Source of the DNA: a virus
IMG/VR virus record: IMGVR_UViG_3300042453_005121
Coordinates: 64,001 to 128,000 of that record
Reading direction: 5' to 3' (one strand)
DNA: 64,000 nt
The position numbers and the translations under genes are program-made. The notes beneath the pieces were generated by a model that did not search any database, had not been told where the DNA came from, and was given only the letters and a program-made list of their open reading frames with translations. This document shows, piece after piece, positions 37,721 to 51,598 of this stretch. Numbering within the stretch: the stretch's first letter is position 1; every line of letters begins with the position of its first letter.

Positions 37721-39760
37721 TCAATCGGATATTACGGTTATGGTTTCGTAAGTCACCATTAATTGTCCACCTTGACAAGAAACATCGGTAACCACCTGTA
37801 TTGTTGTGGTGTTTCCAGGTGGTCCTTGATCACCTTGTATGCCCTGTGCTCCATCGCCCTGATGGCCTTGGTCGCCCTGATGGCCTTGGTCGCCCTGATG
37901 GCCTTGGTCGCCCTGATGGCCTTGGTCGCCTTGATCGCCTTGATGGCCTTGATCGCCTTGGTCGCCTTGATGTCCTTGGTCTCCACTTGAACCTTGGTCT
38001 CCACTTGAACCTTGGTCGCCTTGATGGCCTTGGTCGCCTTGATGGCCTTGGTCGCCTTGATGTCCTTGGTCGCCTTGATGTCCTTGGTCGCCTTGATGGC
38101 CTTGGTCGCCTTGATGGCCTTGGTCGCCTTGATGTCCTTGGTCGCCTTGATGTCCTTGGTCGCCTTGATGTCCTTGGTCGCCTTGATGGCCTTGGTCGCC
38201 TTGATGGCCTTGGTCGCCTTGATGGCCTTGGTCGCCCTGATATCCTGTTCCTTGGTCTCCCTGTGGACCCTCCGATCCTTGTGGGCCTAATTGGCCTTCA
38301 ATCCCAGGAATGCCTTGATGCCCTTGTTCACCCTTATATCCTTGGTCACCTTGTGATCCTTGATCACCTTGTGAGCCTTGATCACCCTGTGAACCTTGGT
38401 CTCCACTTGAACCTTGTTCGCCTTGTGAACCTTGTTCGCCTTGTGGACCTTGCTCGCCTTGTGAACCTTGAGCTCCGTCTGGTGGTCCTTGGGGACCTAT
38501 ATCGCCTTGGTCACCTTGATGTCCTTGGTCACCTTGATGGCCTTGATCTCCCTGATAGCCTTGATCTCCCTGATAGCCTTGATCTCCCTGATGGCCTTGA
38601 TCGCCTTGGTCACCTTGTGAGCCTTGGTCACCTTGTGAGCCTTGGTCACCTTGTGAGCCTTGGTCACCTTGTGAACCTTGGTCACCTTGCGAACCTTGAG
38701 CTCCGTCTGGTGGTCCTTGGGGACCTATATCACCTTGATGTCCTTGGTCACCCTGTGAACCTTGGTCACCCTGTGAACCTTGGTCACCCTGTGAACCTTG
38801 GTCACCCTGTGAACCTTGGTCACCCTGTGAACCTTGGTCACCTTGTGAACCTTGGTCACCTTGTGAACCTTGGTCACCTTGTGAACCTTGGTCACCTTGT
38901 GAACCTTGGTCACCTTGTGAACCTTGGTCACCTTGTGAACCTTGGTCACCTTGTGAACCTTGGTCACCCTGATGTCCTTGGTCACCCTGATGTCCTTGAT
39001 CGCCCTGATGTCCTTGATCGCCCTGATGTCCTTGGTCACCCTGTGAACCTTGGTCACCCTGTGAACCTTGGTCACCCTGTGAACCTTGGTCACCCTGTGA
39101 ACCTTGGTCACCCTGATGTCCTTGGTCACCCTGATGTCCTTGGTCACCCTGATGTCCTTGATCGCCCTGATGTCCTTGATCGCCCTGATGTCCTTGGTCG
39201 CCCTGATGTCCTTGATCGCCCTGATGTCCTTGGTCACCTTGATGTCCTTGATCGCCCTGATATCCTTGATCGCCCTGATATCCTTGATCGCCCTGATATC
39301 CTTGGTCACCCTGATGTCCTTGATCGCCCTGATGTCCTTGATCGCCCTGATGTCCTTGATCGCCCTGATATCCTTGATCGCCCTGATATCCTTGGTCACC
39401 TTGATATCCTTGATCGCCCTGATATCCTTGGTCACCTTGATGTCCTTGGTCGCCTTGATGGCCTGCTCCCTGATATCCTTGGTCACCTTGATGTCCTTGG
39501 TCACCTTGATGTCCTTGGTCACCTTGATGTCCTTGGTCACCTTGATGTCCTTGGTCACCCTGTGAACCTTGGTCACCCTGTGAACCTTGGTCACCCTGTG
39601 AACCTTGGTCGCCCTGATGTCCTTGGTCGCCCTGATGTCCTTGGTCGCCCTGATGTCCTTGGTCGCCCTGATGTCCTTGATGGCCCTGATGGCCCTGATG
39701 TCCTTGAGGGGCTGGGGGTAATAATTCAATTATTTCGGTTACCGTAACGCAGTTAGCCAT
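37721..39760 (-). CDS. collagen-like fibre protein
   Basis: Near-continuous Gly-X-Gln triplets; AAGGA RBS and CTAGATA upstream. Confidence 0.9.
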   Translation of the reverse strand: MANCVTVTEIIELLPPAPQGHQGHQGHQGHQGDQGHQGDQGHQGDQGHQGDQGSQGDQGSQGDQGSQGDQGHQGDQGHQGDQGHQGDQGHQGDQGYQGAGHQGDQGHQGDQGYQGDQGYQGDQGYQGDQGYQGDQGHQGDQGHQGDQGHQGDQGYQGDQGYQGDQGYQGDQGHQGDQGHQGDQGHQGDQGHQGDQGHQGDQGHQGDQGHQGDQGHQGDQGSQGDQGSQGDQGSQGDQGSQGDQGHQGDQGHQGDQGHQGDQGHQGDQGSQGDQGSQGDQGSQGDQGSQGDQGSQGDQGSQGDQGSQGDQGSQGDQGSQGDQGSQGDQGSQGDQGSQGDQGHQGDIGPQGPPDGAQGSQGDQGSQGDQGSQGDQGSQGDQGSQGDQGDQGHQGDQGYQGDQGYQGDQGHQGDQGHQGDQGDIGPQGPPDGAQGSQGEQGPQGEQGSQGEQGSSGDQGSQGDQGSQGDQGSQGDQGYKGEQGHQGIPGIEGQLGPQGSEGPQGDQGTGYQGDQGHQGDQGHQGDQGHQGDQGHQGDQGHQGDQGHQGDQGHQGDQGHQGDQGHQGDQGHQGDQGHQGDQGHQGDQGSSGDQGSSGDQGHQGDQGDQGHQGDQGDQGHQGDQGHQGDQGHQGDQGHQGDGAQGIQGDQGPPGNTTTIQVVTDVSCQGGQLMVTYETITVISD
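37820..39706 (-). repeat. 18-nt tandem repeat array encoding G-D-Q-G-[H/S/Y]-Q
   Basis: Units such as CCTTGGTCACCCTGTGAA and CCTTGGTCGCCTTGATGG repeat over about 1.9 kb. Confidence 0.95.
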
Positions 39761-39777
39761 ATGATTCCTTATCTAGT

Positions 39778-44810
<5,033 letters not shown>

Positions 44811-44814
<4 letters not shown>

Positions 44815-46019
44815 TTTTCAACTACGAATCTGAATTTGAAAGGAAATTTTCTGTCAAGGAATTGCTTGTCCACATCCCTTAGGGGCGAATAAGAAACAAT
44901 TTCTACAAATTCGGCTGAACACCTGACCTGCTTTATGTTGCTGATTCTCAGGTGGTCTAAAGCCTCCTTGACGTCCAGTATCGATCTTCCTTTCAAGGAA
45001 AAAGGCCTGTTCTCAAGAAATTCAAATTCTCTGTACAATCGTCCGCATTCGCACCTCTGATATGTATCTGTAATTCGGCAAAAATCTCCATTCCAGTATC
45101 TGACAAATGGGCTGGGAAGATTGAAATAATCGGTGGAAACTAATTTTTCCTCCACATCCTCGCACCACGACAAGTTGTCCATGAGATGGTAGTTTCTGTG
45201 TCTGCAGGTGAAGAAAGAAGCCCCACCATCCCAGCAGCGCATGTGATCGCAGATGTCATCTACATGACCTTCAAAAAGGAAGGCGGCATCTTCCGACATT
45301 ATTTTTTCATTGCTATTACTTAGAAGATGACAAACTTTTGATTTGAATTTTTGCTCTCTAATGTAATGACACATTGAATTTATTGAAGGACCAGGAGAAA
45401 ATATCACGTCAATTTCATTTTTTAATACGTGATCAAAAAATCCATTGAAAAATTCCTTTTTTTGATCTTGGAACATTTTGAAATTCACATAATGGGTTGT
45501 TGCCTTTCTTTTAATTCCATGGTGTTCCATGAAGTTATCTGAATCAGACCTGACAGTTATGGCTTTGTCTTTTTCATATCTTGATGTGTTGAAAAAATAC
45601 AAAACATTGGGATTTTCTTTTATTTCAAACTCATCCATTATGAGATCGTAATGGTTGGTGGCCTCTATAAAATAAAGAAGAGGATCCCATCTGAGGTACG
45701 AGAATGGAAGGCCAGTTGTACTTCCACTTGTCGCCATGGACTGGGATTCGCTCAATACGGAATTAACGTACCACGATGATTTGTCTGTAAGGTCTGACTT
45801 AGACTTGATCTCAGAAAAATTCTTGTAGATGGGACTGTTCTGCATTGCCCATAGTTGTATGTTTTTTCTGAGTATTGAAGTTACTTCTCTGACGATCTCT
45901 TCGTCCTCATAGAGAAGTCCTAAGCAAAATGGCTTGTATTCGTGTATAACCTGTTTGTTCGGGACGTCCGAAGACCTCCACTTTAGCACAAAATTCTTCA
46001 GGTCCTGTGTATTCCGCAT
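44811..46019 (-). CDS. phenylacetate-CoA ligase / F390-synthetase-like adenylate-forming protein
   Basis: ATSGSTTGLP P-loop; PFVRYWNGD...CECGR. Confidence 0.75.
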
Positions 46020-46681
46020 CCTTCTCTTATGTAGAAATTAAGCGTCACCTTTTTGGTGTGGGCCCATTCCACATAATCCCATCTGGAAACCAGGTCCCAG
46101 TCATTGCATTTGGTGACTTTTCTCCAACCGCCATACTTGTTGATTAGGTGCCTCTTGTGAAGTATTTCACTGGTGTCTATGTGGCCTGGTTTTGGAGCAT
46201 GGGGGTGCATTCTTATTCCGACTATGTTCATTTCGCTGTCGTACAATCTTGTTCCCGTATACGCCATGTCGGCGTCGTTTTCCCTAAGAGCTTTGTACAG
46301 AGATTCAAGATGATCTGGCTCAAACCAATTGTCGTCGTCCAGATATGCTATAAGATTATGACTACTGTTCATTATCGCAAAGTTTCTCGGACCCCATCCC
46401 GCCGCTCCGCAGTTGACCGGAAGGTTATGAAAATTAAACCTCTTGTCTTCTATTTCCACTTCCTTGCAATACTTTATAGTCTCCGTACATGAGTAACACT
46501 CCTTGCACGTGTTTTTGTCAAATGCGTGGCGACAACCATCCTTGACTACCATACACTCAAAATTTTCATAGGTTTGATTTCTGAGTGATTCTACGGCTCT
46601 TTCCACCCATTTTATTTTGGAGTGATATGTCGGAAGACAAACCAGTATTTTCTCGTTAGACACTCCTTGTCCTATTTTCAT
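45998..46681 (-). CDS. GT2 glycosyltransferase
   Basis: VCLPTY, SLRNQTY, RNFAI, IAYLDDDN, DWDL; AAGGAGG RBS. Confidence 0.88.
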   Translation of the reverse strand: MKIGQGVSNEKILVCLPTYHSKIKWVERAVESLRNQTYENFECMVVKDGCRHAFDKNTCKECYSCTETIKYCKEVEIEDKRFNFHNLPVNCGAAGWGPRNFAIMNSSHNLIAYLDDDNWFEPDHLESLYKALRENDADMAYTGTRLYDSEMNIVGIRMHPHAPKPGHIDTSEILHKRHLINKYGGWRKVTKCNDWDLVSRWDYVEWAHTKKVTLNFYIREGCGIHRT

Positions 46682-46792
46682 CTGCCTCCTTGCGGGTCGC
46701 CGTGCGGCGGAACGCGCATTATTATTTATTCACCGAATCGGATAGGAACAAAGTTCCGGGAAAAAAATAAAACCAAAATCATATATAAATGA

Positions 46793-47557
46793 ATGCGAGC
46801 GACATTGATGGCTCTATTTTCAATGTTGATTTTCACATCCTCTTATGCCGGGACAATAGACCCTTCTACCCCGGATGAAAAGTACAGGATTTACGGAGAA
46901 GAGCACGGATGCGTTGTGAGATTGAAGGGCAGATGCTTTTGCAAGAAAGAAAAGGGCAAAGAGCATGATTTTGTGGCTTCTGCGGTTGTTATCAAGCCGC
47001 ACTGGGTAATAACGGCGGCTCACGTTGTCAAAGAGACAAAAAATGTTGTCGTTAACGTCGGCAAAAAGAACTACGAAATAAAGAAAATCATAGTGAAAGA
47101 TGGGTACGACGAAGATATCATAGGCCTAAATGACATAGCCGTCGCGTATTCGGAAGAAGATTTCGGATTGGACTTTTATCCCGAACTTTACAGCGAAAAG
47201 GATGAAGTCGGCAAGGTTGCGAGTATTTGCGGATATGGTTTGACGGGTACCTTTTCCAGCGGTGCCGTTAGGTCCGATGACAACAAAAGGGCAGGATCTA
47301 ACATCGTGGACAGAATAGACAGGAACTGTCTTGTCTGCACTAATATGGGCGGAAAGAAAACTAAATTGGAATTTCTGATAGCCAGCGGAGATTCGGGCGG
47401 AGGTCTGTTTATTGACCAGAAGCTTGCGGGAATAAATTCATTCGTCATGTCTGATGATGAAGGCCCCAACTCCGACTATGGTGACGAATGCGCTCACACA
47501 AGGATATCTCAGTATTTAGATTGGATTCTGGAACAGACCGGCTCAGCAGAAAGATAG
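46793..47557 (+). CDS. trypsin-like serine protease with signal peptide
   Basis: ITAAHV, NDIAV and GDSGG catalytic triad; hydrophobic N-terminus. Confidence 0.9.
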   Translation: MRATLMALFSMLIFTSSYAGTIDPSTPDEKYRIYGEEHGCVVRLKGRCFCKKEKGKEHDFVASAVVIKPHWVITAAHVVKETKNVVVNVGKKNYEIKKIIVKDGYDEDIIGLNDIAVAYSEEDFGLDFYPELYSEKDEVGKVASICGYGLTGTFSSGAVRSDDNKRAGSNIVDRIDRNCLVCTNMGGKKTKLEFLIASGDSGGGLFIDQKLAGINSFVMSDDEGPNSDYGDECAHTRISQYLDWILEQTGSAER

Positions 47558-47937
47558 ATTGATTTGGGATTTGATCCAAGTACCATTTTTAAATAAGGAC
47601 AGGCCCAAACGAGCATTTTTTCAAATTTCAAACCCTCTCCAAATATCTCATAAATCCAACCATCCATAAATACTTTAAGCAATTCGGCCCGAGCATCACA
47701 ACCACGATACCATTCGTATTCGGTCCTTAATTCAAAATCTCCAACAATGCCCTTGGCTTCGGAACCACGAAGCAGTATTTCATCCACACCAGAAACATCC
47801 GGAGGCAAATTCATCCTTGTGATCGGAGATGGAGATAGATCGTAAGTCCATCCATTATAATTTACATAAAGACGAGAGTCTTTTCTTGTTATTTTTGTGT
47901 ACTCTGGCCTTGATTTATCTGGATTGAATATACTCAA
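47509..47937 (-). CDS. hypothetical protein
   Basis: Coupled to the epimerase gene; W-x-C-P-Y motif. Confidence 0.55.
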   Translation of the reverse strand: MSIFNPDKSRPEYTKITRKDSRLYVNYNGWTYDLSPSPITRMNLPPDVSGVDEILLRGSEAKGIVGDFELRTEYEWYRGCDARAELLKVFMDGWIYEIFGEGLKFEKMLVWACPYLKMVLGSNPKSIYLSAEPVCSRIQSKY

Positions 47938-48833
47938 GACAAACTCTTCAAATAATCATCCAGATTCACCTTGGGTTCCCACCCCAAAATCCTTCTGGAT
48001 TTGGATATGTCGGCGAGGGTTTCTCTCATTTCGCCGGGTCTTTGTGGTATGAATTCAATGTTGTCGGACATGGTTTTGGCTATTTCCAAAACCGAGTTAT
48101 TCTTTCCAGTTCCGACATTGAAGACGGTGCCGAAATACTCATCGTCAATATCCTTTGTGGACGCCAACACATTTGCCTCCACAACATCGGAAACATTCGT
48201 GAAATCACGACGCTGCAGTCCGTCTCCCACAACTGTCAGTGGTTGTCCATTTGCCCTTTGTCTCTTGAAAATGCCGATGACGGGAGCGTATTGTCCCTTG
48301 GTTGGTTCTCCATTTCCGTAAATGTTGAAGTATCTGAAAATGATAGTTTTCAGACCAAACAAGGAAGTGTACATTGAGCACAATTTTTCCCCCGAAACCT
48401 TGGATACGGAATAGGGATTGAGAGGATCGTCCGGCTGAGATTCTTTATTGGGAACAGGGTTGTTTCCGTAAGCGGAAGAGGTCGATGAATACATCAATCT
48501 TTTTATGCCGTTGATTCTGCTGCATTGGAGGATGTTCGCCGTACCGAGAGAATTTGTCCTAACGGCCTTAACTGGATTCTCTATGGTCGGTCCAATTCTA
48601 GATTCTGCCGCCAAATGAAAGACATAGTCCACTCCTTTGAACAAAGGCGAAATTGAATTCATTTCTGCTATGTCAATTTTATGATTTGAGCAGGACGGAT
48701 TCCAGTTGAATGTGTCCGTGGAGTTGGAGGATTCGTCGTCAATGCAAATCACTTCATGCCCCGTAAGCAACAATCTGTCTATAAGATTTGACCCTATGAA
48801 ACCCGCCCCGCCCGTAACCAGACTCTTTGTCAT
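47934..48833 (-). CDS. NAD-dependent nucleotide-sugar epimerase/dehydratase
   Basis: VTGGAGFIGS, HLAA, STSSAYG, YSVSK, FRYFNIYG, GDGLQRRDF. Confidence 0.95.
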   Translation of the reverse strand: MTKSLVTGGAGFIGSNLIDRLLLTGHEVICIDDESSNSTDTFNWNPSCSNHKIDIAEMNSISPLFKGVDYVFHLAAESRIGPTIENPVKAVRTNSLGTANILQCSRINGIKRLMYSSTSSAYGNNPVPNKESQPDDPLNPYSVSKVSGEKLCSMYTSLFGLKTIIFRYFNIYGNGEPTKGQYAPVIGIFKRQRANGQPLTVVGDGLQRRDFTNVSDVVEANVLASTKDIDDEYFGTVFNVGTGKNNSVLEIAKTMSDNIEFIPQRPGEMRETLADISKSRRILGWEPKVNLDDYLKSLS

Positions 48834-48834
48834 G

Positions 48835-49515
48835 TTAAATTCTTTCGTTTGAAAATTCCTGAGTGAAAAATTGCTCCACGAATGGAGTTATCGCAGACCT
48901 GTAATATATCTTGTCGAAATCAAATGGAATGTCGTCTCCGTAAATTTTTTTGACCCAAGGAGAAAGAAGCAGGTAGAAATATGATATTTCTCCGTTCGCA
49001 CTCCACCTCTCAAGATTTTTTTTGTTCGCCGAGAAGGAATCGTAGTCCAATAAATTTTTGGATTCCATGAAAAATCGTGTATTTTTGAGTTCAGTTATGA
49101 CCTTTGATTCTTTGGTTGAAACTCCGATCTGATCAGATGTGAGAGCCTTGTTCAATTTCTTTCGGTACATTTTCTGCCATATTTTCCATCTCTTCCATGC
49201 CTTTTCGCCGACCAAGCAGTGGGGTTCTATCAACGCATGAATGTCTCCCTCTTTTATTGATTTCAATATTTGAATTTGCGACCGCACATATGTTCTGAGG
49301 TCCTTGTCTTCCAGAACTCCCTTCATTTCCCGGGCGAGTTTGTAGCAATATTTGAAAAGAGTTGATTTTCTAGGGTCGGTGTTTTTCTTGAGTTTCGCGA
49401 AAGATTCCTTTGGAATCTCTCTCCGACATTCTTCCTCCCAGATTATGGCGATCTTGAAGGCTTTCGCCTCCATATCGTTCATCTTGTATTTGATGATCGG
49501 TTCAAGTTCGCTCAT
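48835..49515 (-). CDS. hypothetical protein, possibly T4 gp59-like helicase loader
   Basis: Similar size and pattern to gp59 (FKYCYKL, AWKRWKIW, GEISYFYLLL); weak resemblance only. Confidence 0.45.
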   Translation of the reverse strand: MSELEPIIKYKMNDMEAKAFKIAIIWEEECRREIPKESFAKLKKNTDPRKSTLFKYCYKLAREMKGVLEDKDLRTYVRSQIQILKSIKEGDIHALIEPHCLVGEKAWKRWKIWQKMYRKKLNKALTSDQIGVSTKESKVITELKNTRFFMESKNLLDYDSFSANKKNLERWSANGEISYFYLLLSPWVKKIYGDDIPFDFDKIYYRSAITPFVEQFFTQEFSNERI

Positions 49516-49626
49516 TTTCCCGTATTGCAAAATGCTCATGTGTAGGTATGATCTGTTTCCGGAAACTTGAACTAATATAACCTGAAACCTGAAAACGAAC
49601 AACTGTAGAACATTTGCGGTGAGATG

Positions 49627-49903
49627 CTGCTTGATTTTTCGGGGGGACCCGAACCATGCCAGTTAGAAACTCCTGGTAGTCGTCCTAAGCGTTGTGTCGA
49701 GAGGCACATGAGGTAAACCAATAACAAAGGGCTGTATCAGTCTCGCGAAAGACTTTTTGGCTAGGCGAAAGCCGTGCGTTTTTCCCGTGAAACCCGACAG
49801 TAGTTTGATCTGTCAAGGGGCCTGGGTCACGGTCCATAATGGACAAAAAATCAATAAAGTCGTATAAGCGGATATGAAGGACGGGAAGTAGGCGGTCAAG
49901 CAG
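49627..49903 (+). ncRNA. putative large structured non-coding RNA (unassigned family)
   Basis: Intergenic, no ORF. Closing helix 49627-36/49894-903, inner helix 49680-86/49878-84, three GNRA-capped hairpins and further stems. Confidence 0.6.
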
Positions 49904-49951
49904 AAAAGACGGAATGTCCGAACTGAGGACTGAACTCGTCTGAGATTTTCG

Positions 49952-50020
49952 GTTATCTAGAGTATATTCTAGATAACTATAATCTTAAGATTAGTAGGGT
50001 CCAAAGGGAAGGACCCCCTT
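49952..50020. repeat. cluster of palindromes/inverted repeats (origin-like or regulatory)
   Basis: GTTATCTAGA-6nt-TCTAGATAAC (49952-77), perfect TAATCTTAAGATTA (49980-93), GGGTCC-8nt-GGACCC (49997-50016). Confidence 0.75.
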
Positions 50021-50045
50021 CTATAAACACATAATTGGATAATGC

Positions 50046-50249
50046 ATGAACACAGATCATTTGGTCCCAAAAAGTCCTAGTAAAAGCAATAAAGATGGTA
50101 GAACTACCGACAAGAAACTCAAACGGTATCTCAGGAGGATATCCGATAGAAAAGGAATATCTTACAAGGAGGCAATTTTAAAGTTTTATGGGGTTGAATC
50201 ATTGAAAAAACTAGATGAACGACTGGTTCATTCTCTTTTCAAAGATTGA
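50046..50249 (+). CDS. small basic hypothetical protein
   Basis: 67 aa, Lys/Arg-rich, between the structured region and the polymerase. Confidence 0.55.
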   Translation: MNTDHLVPKSPSKSNKDGRTTDKKLKRYLRRISDRKGISYKEAILKFYGVESLKKLDERLVHSLFKD

Positions 50250-50287
50250 GATGGATTGTTCTAGAAAAACATGTAGAATGATTTTCA

Positions 50288-51598
50288 ATGACCGATTTTG
50301 TTGAATTCCTGCCGCGTCTCAAGGGCAAGGACGTATACTTCAGCCTGAACAAGGAAAATCCGGACTGGAACGAGTCGGTTGGCGTTGAGCTTTCCTTTCG
50401 TCACGGCGGAGAGTCGCTGACGTTGTCCTTGGATGACGTGGATCAGTCTTCTTACCTCGCCTCTTCTCTTCATCATGTTCTGGACGGCGGAAACGCGCTG
50501 ATCTCTTGGTGCGCCAAGGATGTTTTTTCTTTTTTGAAGGGCCGCACCGGAATCGGATTGGAGCTGAAAGGGAAAATTTATGATCTTTCCGTCATATCTT
50601 CGTATCTCGGAATGGAGGCGGACAAGCCAAAGACGTTCAGGGAGGCTGTTGCTCTCCTGAAGTCCTGTTTGTCCGATCCCGGCTGGGAGCAATTCAAGTC
50701 TTTTTATTTCGGAGTATATGAACCACTTTTTTCTGAGGTTCTTCCCGAAATAGAGACGTGCTGTCTCGTGGACAACAAGAGAAGGAGTTGCGTCTACGCC
50801 ACCTACGTGATTGAAGGTCAGGTGAACGGAAGACTCAGGACCGTCAAGACAGGGCGGAATTCTTACAATCCTCATTCAATGGGTCCTGACGACAAGCGTG
50901 ATATCAGGCCACAGGACTACGACGACGTTTTTTTGTATTTTGACTACCGAAACATGGAGGTCAACGTCCTTCAATGGCTGTCGGGAGACGGGGATTTGGC
51001 AAGAGTGCTGGAGTCCGGTTCTGATCCATACAAGGAGATATGGCGGATCATCACCCGGCAGGAGCCCACAGAAGGCCACAGAAAGATATGTAAGGACATA
51101 TTCCTGCCCGTGGTATTCGGTCAAGGCAAATCTTCCTTGGCGGCCAAATTGAAAATTTCGGAAGAAATTGCTTCCAGACTCATACATAGCCTTGGTAAGA
51201 CATTTCCCGTTGCCTTTGACTGGGTCAACTCCCAGTCAACCAATGGCAACAACACGGCGACTGACGCCTTCGGCCGCAAAAGGACTTTTGACGGCCGGGA
51301 GCAGTACAAAGTTAAAAACTTTTGTATCCAGTCCCCAGCGAGCATGATCTGTTTGAGAAAACTTGTGCGTCTTCACGAGGCTCTGGCCTCTAGGGCGAGC
51401 ATATGTTTTCACGTACATGATGGATATTACGTCCTTTGCAAGAAAAGCGAAATCAATTCAATTGCGGAACTCGGAATCAGAACTCTCGAGGAGGACGATT
51501 CCATGTTTCCGGGTCTCGCAATGCGTGTCTCCTGCAGGGCGGGAGACAGGTTGGATGACATGCGTTCTATAACACTAACAAAAAGGGTTTCAATATGA
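50288..51598 (+). CDS. polA: minimal family-A DNA polymerase (no thumb, vestigial 3'-5' exonuclease, no 5'-3' exonuclease)
   Basis: NGRL motif, motif A FDYRNMEV, motif B RKICKDIFLPVVFG, FGRKR, NFCIQSPAS, motif C HVHDG. Confidence 0.85.
   Translation: MTDFVEFLPRLKGKDVYFSLNKENPDWNESVGVELSFRHGGESLTLSLDDVDQSSYLASSLHHVLDGGNALISWCAKDVFSFLKGRTGIGLELKGKIYDLSVISSYLGMEADKPKTFREAVALLKSCLSDPGWEQFKSFYFGVYEPLFSEVLPEIETCCLVDNKRRSCVYATYVIEGQVNGRLRTVKTGRNSYNPHSMGPDDKRDIRPQDYDDVFLYFDYRNMEVNVLQWLSGDGDLARVLESGSDPYKEIWRIITRQEPTEGHRKICKDIFLPVVFGQGKSSLAAKLKISEEIASRLIHSLGKTFPVAFDWVNSQSTNGNNTATDAFGRKRTFDGREQYKVKNFCIQSPASMICLRKLVRLHEALASRASICFHVHDGYYVLCKKSEINSIAELGIRTLEEDDSMFPGLAMRVSCRAGDRLDDMRSITLTKRVSI

Noticed and set aside
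37820-39706. Possible CRISPR array
   Set aside because: The repeats are contiguous with no unique spacers, are in-frame coding, and no cas genes are present.
37759-39747. Long alternative-frame ORFs over the collagen gene (37801..39747 +, 38725..39729 -, 39104..39565 +)
   Set aside because: Shadows of an 18-nt stop-free tandem repeat. Only the Gly-X-Y frame has an RBS, promoter motif and non-repeat termini.
49627-49903. Assignment of the structured region to group I intron, RNase P RNA or tmRNA
   Set aside because: No interrupted gene; the GACTT/AAGTC pairing only loosely resembles P7; no GAGGAAAGUCC RNase P core; no tRNA-like acceptor, T-arm or CCA end.
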